IMG/VR virus record: IMGVR_UViG_3300033067_002127
Span: 1 to 41,169 of that record
DNA from: a virus
Lineage: Duplodnaviria > Caudoviricetes
Length of the DNA: 41,169 nt
Direction: 5' to 3' (one strand)
The notes below the pieces were generated by a model, which saw only the letters and a list, made by a program, of their open reading frames with translations, was not told where the DNA came from and made no database searches. Shown in pieces: positions 35,421 through 41,169 of the stretch (positions within the stretch are counted from its first letter, which is position 1; every line of letters begins with the position of its first letter). The translations under genes were made by a program, and so were the position numbers.

Positions 35421-36329
35421 ATGGTCAATATCAATGATTTCACTACGCAGACTCCTGTATTAGCTTTGCAGAAAGCGATGCAAGCTATTCGTGAAAGCAT
35501 CGAATCTTCTTTTGAAGATCAGTTGTTTATCGCGCTTTTAACGGCGGTACAGGGAAAAGCGAGCGATGACAGCATTGTGTACTTGAGCGAACTCATCGAC
35601 GTGAATGCTCACACCAAAAAATGCCTAGTGGATGCGAGCCTTGTCGAAAGCTTGTCCAAAAAGGGCTTCCTAAGTGCGATTCGCAAAAATCGCCAGTTTT
35701 GGGTAGACGTGCTGGCAGGCAACATTCTCAAGTTTGAAGTAGAAGATCGGCTGAATGACGTGAAAGCCAAGTTGTGCATGCACAATCGCTCCCTATTAGA
35801 GCTGTGTATGCTGCGCCTTGAAGCTGAAAAAGCTGAAAATGCGGAAAAGCTGGCAAAGGCTCAACAGCTTGCAGACGCTAAACAAGCGCGTAAGGAAAAA
35901 CGGATCAAGGAAAAGCAACTCCTTGAAGCCAAGCTTGCCGAACAAGAGTATCAAGAGGCGGCGGCGGCACAAGCCAAGCAATTGCAACTTGTGGAAGAAC
36001 AAGTGCAGACCAAGTTGCAACTTATCGAAGCGTATGCGGTTGAGGATGCGGTTCAACGGGCGCTTGAATATCAAGCCACCCAGCACGCCGACCAGTTGCA
36101 GGCGCAAGCCACCCAGCACGCCGACCAGTTGCAGGCGCAAGCCACCGAGCATGCCGATAAGCTGCAACAACTGGCAAGCCCCGACGGTATCCTGAGCCTG
36201 ATCGAACAGCTCGACGACACCCAGCGTTTGGATCTGCTGACCATGCTGGCTGCCAAGTATCCGACCACCGCGCCGACCACCAAACGTGGCAAGCGCGACC
36301 AAGCCAGCCAAGGCAGCCTGATCAGCTAA
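35421..36329 (+). CDS. Hypothetical coiled-coil early protein
   Basis: ATG at 35421 after GAGG (the track's TTG at 35355 lies in a hairpin); Q/A/E/K-rich C-terminal half. Confidence 0.8.
   Translation: MVNINDFTTQTPVLALQKAMQAIRESIESSFEDQLFIALLTAVQGKASDDSIVYLSELIDVNAHTKKCLVDASLVESLSKKGFLSAIRKNRQFWVDVLAGNILKFEVEDRLNDVKAKLCMHNRSLLELCMLRLEAEKAENAEKLAKAQQLADAKQARKEKRIKEKQLLEAKLAEQEYQEAAAAQAKQLQLVEEQVQTKLQLIEAYAVEDAVQRALEYQATQHADQLQAQATQHADQLQAQATEHADKLQQLASPDGILSLIEQLDDTQRLDLLTMLAAKYPTTAPTTKRGKRDQASQGSLIS
36072..36170 (+). repeat. 33-bp in-frame tandem repeat x3 (QATQHADQLQA)
   Basis: CAAGCCACCCAGCACGCCGACCAGTTGCAGGCG twice exact, third copy degenerate. Confidence 0.9.
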
Positions 36330-36397
36330 CCCCACCCCGACCCCACCCCGACCGGATTCCGGTCGGCCTTCCCACCCACCAACGCGGAGCACGCACC

Positions 36398-36469
36398 ATG
36401 CCGGTTTGGTTATTCATCCTGCTGGGGGTCATCGTGATGATGGCTGCCAGCAGCCAATACCACGAGTGA
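36398..36469 (+). CDS. 23-aa single-TM peptide (not in the track)
   Basis: MPVWLFILLGVIVMMAASSQYHE with a GGAGCAC RBS like neighbouring genes. Confidence 0.55.
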   Translation: MPVWLFILLGVIVMMAASSQYHE

Positions 36470-36679
36470 AGCCCCCACGACCCCGACCGGAATCTGGTCG
36501 GGGTCGGTTTCACTTTTCCCCACGACGCGCAAATTCCGCGTATGCGGCAATTAACGTGTCGTGTTTTTGGCTCAACTTCTCAAAATCTGTAGAAGCGCGA
36601 GCCGCAGAAAATTCAAATTTGTAATTACAAGTGAATTACAAATTTGAGTTTTTTACCCCCGCCAAAAGGAGCAAAGCCA

Positions 36680-37120
36680 ATGGCCATCTTAAATCTCACC
36701 CAGCACCGCGCTACCAGCGAGCAACTGCTCGCTGGTATCGAAAACGTGCCCGAGAAATACCGTGAGGAGCTGGAAGGTCTCTTGACCTTTCCAGCTGACT
36801 ACGACCTAACTCTTCTTATCGCCAATGCTTGGGCATTGGCACGCCTCGCTCGTACCTTGAAGTACGACGCGGTAATGATCGGCGGGATGCCCGCCTTAAT
36901 GTCCCACTTGGAGCGGGAGTTGATCAAGGCTGATGTTTCGGTTTGCTATGCAAGAACCGAACGTGTAAGCGTGGATCAACCACAACCGGACGGGAGCACC
37001 AAGAAAGTCAGCGTGTTTAAGCACGCCGGACTCTACTGGGCATGGGAGAAAAACCCATGCCCTTACTGCCGCAGTACCAGCTGCGGGGTGGTCACCCGCG
37101 GTGACACACTCTGCGGCTAA
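36680..37120 (+). CDS. Csx20/Csx15-like Rossmann-fold protein, candidate ring nuclease
   Basis: AAGGAG RBS then MAILNLTQH.AT.EQ..AG; AVMIGG..LM..LE..L; YARTERVSVD...DGSTKKVSVFKH. The ORF itself is solid; the family call is from recalled motifs. Confidence 0.55.
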   Translation: MAILNLTQHRATSEQLLAGIENVPEKYREELEGLLTFPADYDLTLLIANAWALARLARTLKYDAVMIGGMPALMSHLERELIKADVSVCYARTERVSVDQPQPDGSTKKVSVFKHAGLYWAWEKNPCPYCRSTSCGVVTRGDTLCG

Positions 37121-37213
37121 CCGCCCTTGTCCTAGACATGACATAAAACTGTCTAAACAAACACAATAGACTCAAGGGTTTATTGTGTTTGTTTAACAAA
37201 AAGGAGGCCAAGC

Positions 37214-37411
37214 ATGTGGCCAATCAGCCAACGACAATATAACCATCTCTGCCGCGTGTCGGCAGAGAAGGTAAAGTTGGAGCGTGACTACGCAGTCATG
37301 CTCGAATTGGTTGCGCAGGAAGTCCATCCTGCGCACTTCCCAGTTCTTCCCCCAAGTCCGGCGGAGTTGGAGATCAAGGCCAGTGTATTGGGAATCCGTG
37401 TTTGGGTATAA
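37214..37411 (+). CDS. Hypothetical protein
   Basis: Strong AAGGAGG RBS, 65 aa. Confidence 0.75.
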   Translation: MWPISQRQYNHLCRVSAEKVKLERDYAVMLELVAQEVHPAHFPVLPPSPAELEIKASVLGIRVWV

Positions 37412-37515
37412 GCACGGATTCCAGCCCTAGACACGGCATAAAACTGTCTGAATAAAGCTAAGAAAATCAAGCGGTTTTCTTAGATTTATTCACCGACCAA
37501 GCGAGGGTCAAAACT

Positions 37516-37815
37516 ATGTGTAACGTATGCGCCGCCGTGGGTGGCTACTGTGGCGATTGCGACGGTAGCTACTGGTCACAATTCAACGCTCAGGCGGAGA
37601 TCCGCCGTGAAGCGGCCTTGCGCCGCATCACCAAGCGCAAGCGTCAAGCTCGCGCCCTGCAAGTGGCGAGCCGCCACTTGCAATGGGCATATCTCCGCTG
37701 GGCGGAGTTCTCTTGCTCGTTGCTCCCAGCGAGCGAACCCGTATATCAAGACCGCTGCCAATCGTGCGGCGGTCATGGCTGCGCAACGTGCAACTATTGG
37801 GAAAGCACCCGATAA
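37516..37815 (+). CDS. Hypothetical Cys-rich protein
   Basis: GAGG RBS; CxxC-x5-CxxC at the N-terminus and CxxC-x4-CxxC at the C-terminus, flanking a basic helix. Confidence 0.7.
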   Translation: MCNVCAAVGGYCGDCDGSYWSQFNAQAEIRREAALRRITKRKRQARALQVASRHLQWAYLRWAEFSCSLLPASEPVYQDRCQSCGGHGCATCNYWESTR

Positions 37816-37822
37816 GCGCAGA

Positions 37823-37921
37823 CCATCCCCGTCCAGAACCATAAACAGAACCAGTTTTAGGTTCTGGACGGTCTTTTCACGCCTGTTTACCCGTCCAGAC
37901 TCAGGTTCTGGACGGGGATGG
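37823..37921. repeat. Nested inverted-repeat element (REP/MITE-like)
   Basis: Outer 18-bp perfect IR CCATCCCCGTCCAGAACC / GGTTCTGGACGGGGATGG with internal copies of CCGTCCAGA / TCTGGACGG. Confidence 0.85.
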
Positions 37922-37970
37922 CAGGCCAAGCGGGGCAATTGTGCTCCAAAACAGTGCAGCGAGGCACATT

Positions 37971-38195
37971 ATGCAAGTCTTTTTTGGTGGGATCACCGTT
38001 GAGGTTACTGAAACTGAGGCGGGTTATGTTGTGGATGGCCAGACCATCCGCAGCAAGACTCGTGCGTTGAGCGTGGCTTTTGCCATCGCTCAGAAAAAGT
38101 CGTTTGAAACCGAGAAGCGACGCAAGTTGTCGCTCTCGATCGTAGCCTCCAGCGGTGGTTGGGGAGGTTCGCGTGTGAGACTGAGCAAAAAGTAA
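37971..38195 (+). CDS. Hypothetical basic protein
   Basis: ATG at 37971 after GTGCAGCGAGGCACA, the same leader as the 35421 gene. Confidence 0.7.
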   Translation: MQVFFGGITVEVTETEAGYVVDGQTIRSKTRALSVAFAIAQKKSFETEKRRKLSLSIVASSGGWGGSRVRLSKK

Positions 38196-38545
38196 CCACT
38201 TTTTGCTCAGCGAAGGTCAGAAATCGGTCATTTTTTGATCGATTTTTGGCTGTTTTTTGATCGGTTTTGAGTCCTCGAAAAGGGTGACTTTTTCGGGGAC
38301 TTTCCGACGAACGGTAAGACGATTTGATCATTTTTTAATCAGTTTGCGTGCGAATTGATTAAAAAATGAGCAGGTTTTTGCTGCTGAACGATTATTCCGC
38401 CAAAAACGTCCTAGACAGGTTTGGTCTAGGCCAAAAAAGGTGGGATTTTGGATGGGGACGGGGACGGGGAGGGATTTGCTGACAAGTAAAGTCTAGCATG
38501 CACAATTTCTCCACATTTCCGCTTAGGCTAAATTTTTCAAATTGA

Positions 38546-38861
38546 TCAAAAAATAATCACATAATTTTTGTAGGTGTATATTTTTTGACCAGTACAAATG
38601 AGAGGTTTTACCATTTAAGTCCAGTAAGTCCATGAAAAGGTTTGCCCCACGTTTTCCCAAATCAAAAATTATTTCTTGGGGGGGTCTCCGAGTTCAAAAA
38701 CAGTAGTATCAAATGAAAATATATACCCCCCAAGCAAAAAAAATTCGATTTGGGAAAACGTGGGGCAAACCTTTTCAAAGACTTACTGGCCTTAAACGAG
38801 AAATCCTCTCAACAAAATCGTACAAAAAATAATCACCTACAAAAATTATGGGATTTTTTGA
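38546..38861. repeat. Long imperfect inverted repeat (~135-bp arms, ~41-bp spacer)
   Basis: Arms 38546-38684 and 38726-38861 with a perfect 31-bp core TGAAAAGGTTTGCCCCACGTTTTCCCAAATC (38633-38663 / 38747-38777). Confidence 0.92.
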
Positions 38862-39364
38862 CGCAATTCGTCAATCGACTTGATCAATTTTTAATCGAAA
38901 TTTGTACATTTTTTGATCATTTGTCGTGAATTGTATAAAAATGCGAAAAATCAAAAAACGGGCGGTCAAGTCTAGAAAGAAATCACCCCCGTCCCCGACC
39001 AGATCCGTACTCTCAACCGATTCCGCACCCAAATCCACACAAAGATTTGGCCGCCCACGCGGTACGCTAAGAATCGTAAAAAGTCAATACCTCTCCAACC
39101 TAGCCCAAAAACCACCACCTAACCAAAAAACCCCAATTTCCCCGCCTAAAAACAAAAATGCCCTCAAATAACGCTATTTTCGCGCTATAAGCGCCTCACG
39201 ACACCCAAACCACATAACCCTACCTGTCCACCAAAACCGCGCTATAAACGCTTCCTATGCGTTTCTAGTGCACAACGACCTTTTTGGTCATCCCAACCCA
39301 ACCCTGATCAAAAAATCACCAATTTTTGATCAAAATTTAACCAACCATCATCAGGAGCAAGCCG

Positions 39365-39727
39365 ATGAAAACCAAACACGTTCCCCTCAACCGCCAAACA
39401 GCGTTTGAGAAGTACACCACCACGTCTGGCAACCTAGTTGCCTTGGCAACCTTGGCAAAAAACCACGGTCTGGAGAACTTTATCTCCCTGCGCGGTCACA
39501 AAAAGCTGACCCTGCGCAGCCAAACCGAAGAGATTGTGTTTGAGGTAGGTGCGAAGCCCAATGGTTTTGCATCTGGTAAATTGCAAGCCGACACACCTGC
39601 TCAAATTGGTCACACTCTCCAAATGCTGAAAAACGCAGGCTACTTTCACCGTAACCTCGGTTACACCGTCCCGCTGGTATCAGCGCCATATACCTTCATC
39701 CTGTACGAGAACGGGGCATGGGAGTAA
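39365..39727 (+). CDS. Hypothetical protein
   Basis: AGGAG RBS, 120 aa. Confidence 0.75.
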   Translation: MKTKHVPLNRQTAFEKYTTTSGNLVALATLAKNHGLENFISLRGHKKLTLRSQTEEIVFEVGAKPNGFASGKLQADTPAQIGHTLQMLKNAGYFHRNLGYTVPLVSAPYTFILYENGAWE

Positions 39728-39789
39728 TCCCATCCCCGTCCTCGTACAGAACCTGTAACAGAACCTTTTAACCAACATGGAGCACAGCC

Positions 39790-40152
39790 ATGCCGCTACT
39801 CAAAATGCACCAGCATTGGGCTGGCCGCTGGGTCATTGTGACCCACGACGGGCGCGAGGTCTTCTCTTGCGCAGACGAGCAGGACTGCGCCGAGGAACTC
39901 CTCGTGCGCATCAGCAAACAAACCCCGCTCGAAAAACTGGTCTATGCCCTGCAACAGTTGCAGGACATCAAAACCACAATTGGCAATCTCCCTGCGGTTT
40001 ACGGCACAAGTGCCCTTGAGTGGTCTCTCATGGAAGAGATCCAAAAAGAGGTGAAGTTCGCTGGTAATCCAGACCACGTCGTTTTTGACGAAGGAATCTT
40101 GCGTATCTTGGACGTAGATGGTCGCACACTCTACGTCCACAAACCGGAATAA
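39790..40152 (+). CDS. Hypothetical protein
   Basis: GGAG RBS, 120 aa. Confidence 0.75.
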   Translation: MPLLKMHQHWAGRWVIVTHDGREVFSCADEQDCAEELLVRISKQTPLEKLVYALQQLQDIKTTIGNLPAVYGTSALEWSLMEEIQKEVKFAGNPDHVVFDEGILRILDVDGRTLYVHKPE

Positions 40153-40172
40153 ACCCACGGAGCACAAGCCAA

Positions 40173-40703
40173 ATGGTAAAAATCCCCCGCCCCGACCTCA
40201 GCCTCCTCAAGGCTGTCCAAACCCTTTGGGCAGAATACCGCAAGGTCAGCAGCATCCCCACTCGTCTCGACATCACCGCAATGGCCGAAGGGCTACAGCA
40301 AGCAACCGACGCCCTGATCAGTGGCTTCCTCAAGCAGCAGGGCATTGTTGCACCTAGCACTGGTTTGGATTGTCGTGTAGAGGATTACCAAATTCTCGTA
40401 TTCGACGACACCGGCGAAGTCACTTATTTCTATTGGCACAAGAATAGTGTCAGCAGTAAAGAGGTTGAATCATTTAACCTGTTGAATTTCAAACGGTTAT
40501 CCCATCTCAAGGAAGTGGATTACAACGGCACAACTTTCCGTGAACAAGCGGAAAATGACCGAGCGCAGCTTATTCACGCTGCTTGTGAGGAAGTCTTAGG
40601 CGGTGAGTATGCCCACACCCTTGATTTTGAATGGATCACGTCGGGTGTTTTGCGGATTTACGACACCGGAAGCGGTGACACGGTGCTGGCTGTTCACCTG
40701 TAA
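40173..40703 (+). CDS. Hypothetical protein
   Basis: GGAG RBS, 176 aa. Confidence 0.75.
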   Translation: MVKIPRPDLSLLKAVQTLWAEYRKVSSIPTRLDITAMAEGLQQATDALISGFLKQQGIVAPSTGLDCRVEDYQILVFDDTGEVTYFYWHKNSVSSKEVESFNLLNFKRLSHLKEVDYNGTTFREQAENDRAQLIHAACEEVLGGEYAHTLDFEWITSGVLRIYDTGSGDTVLAVHL

Positions 40704-40791
40704 GTCAGCAAGGCCAGATCCGTATCGCCTAACAGATCCAGTTTTACCCCGAACCCCATTAAGGGGACTTTCTCATTCAGGAGTTGAAGCA

Positions 40792-41169
40792 ATGTCAATC
40801 CTAGTAACCCCAGCGCAGGTTTTATCTGCGCTCAAAGCCTTACGGCTAAACGTGAGGCAGCCCTGTTACGGTATCTGCAACAATCTCGACTGGCAGTTAG
40901 CAGTCGAACTGGGCAGTCCCTTCGTTCAGGAATACTCTCTAGCCAGTGGCGAGCCTGCCTCTGACATCATCGCCAAGCTCGCCAGCAAATGGCCGAAGTT
41001 CTCTGGCGTCCCATCACACCCCGTCCCCGTCCCCTACAACCTTCTTGACCAGTACAAAATCGCGGGGAAACCCAGCGTTGAGATCTATGACGCCCTCCTA
41101 AACAAATGGGAAGGCGAGTACGGGGAACTTCGGCGTGAACTGCTCGACTTCCTGATTGAGGAGCTGGAA
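40792..41169 (+). CDS. Hypothetical phage protein (runs off the window edge)
   Basis: AGGAG RBS; GICNNL...KWPKFSG..HPVP...KWEGEYGELRRELLDFLIEELE, a pattern I recall from phage early genes. Confidence 0.7.
   Translation, partial: MSILVTPAQVLSALKALRLNVRQPCYGICNNLDWQLAVELGSPFVQEYSLASGEPASDIIAKLASKWPKFSGVPSHPVPVPYNLLDQYKIAGKPSVEIYDALLNKWEGEYGELRRELLDFLIEELE

Noticed and set aside
36072-36170. 33-bp repeats as a CRISPR array
   Set aside because: Head-to-tail with no spacers and in frame within a CDS.
37131-37492. 24-bp direct repeats as a mini-CRISPR array
   Set aside because: Only two copies, 295 bp apart with a gene between; kept as a structural module instead.

Overview
This window is about 41 kb of a long-tailed dsDNA phage (siphovirus-like, probably infecting a gammaproteobacterium; the tail-fibre N-terminus hints at Moraxellaceae). 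A leftward virion operon (30537 to 6698) runs from a GpA-type terminase through portal, protease/scaffold, capsid, neck, tail tube, a G/GT frameshift chaperone, a 2277-aa tape measure with a lytic transglycosylase domain, and the tail tip L/K/I/J genes. Further left come an oppositely oriented nrdAB pair, a lysis cassette and a partial tail fibre. A TnpA-less IS200/IS605 element carrying a TnpB with a rearranged RuvC site sits exactly in the last codon of the endolysin and supplies a new stop codon. Rightward are a primase-polymerase/SF3 helicase, a tRNA-Gln and a putative early region. That region has tandem sigma70 promoters, a highly structured ~370-nt leader, a candidate Csx20/Csx15-like ring nuclease, covarying intergenic hairpin modules, dispersed GC-rich repeats and a 1.15-kb non-coding block with a ~135-bp-arm inverted repeat and phased TGATCA boxes. 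All family calls come from motif recognition by eye, with no database searches.
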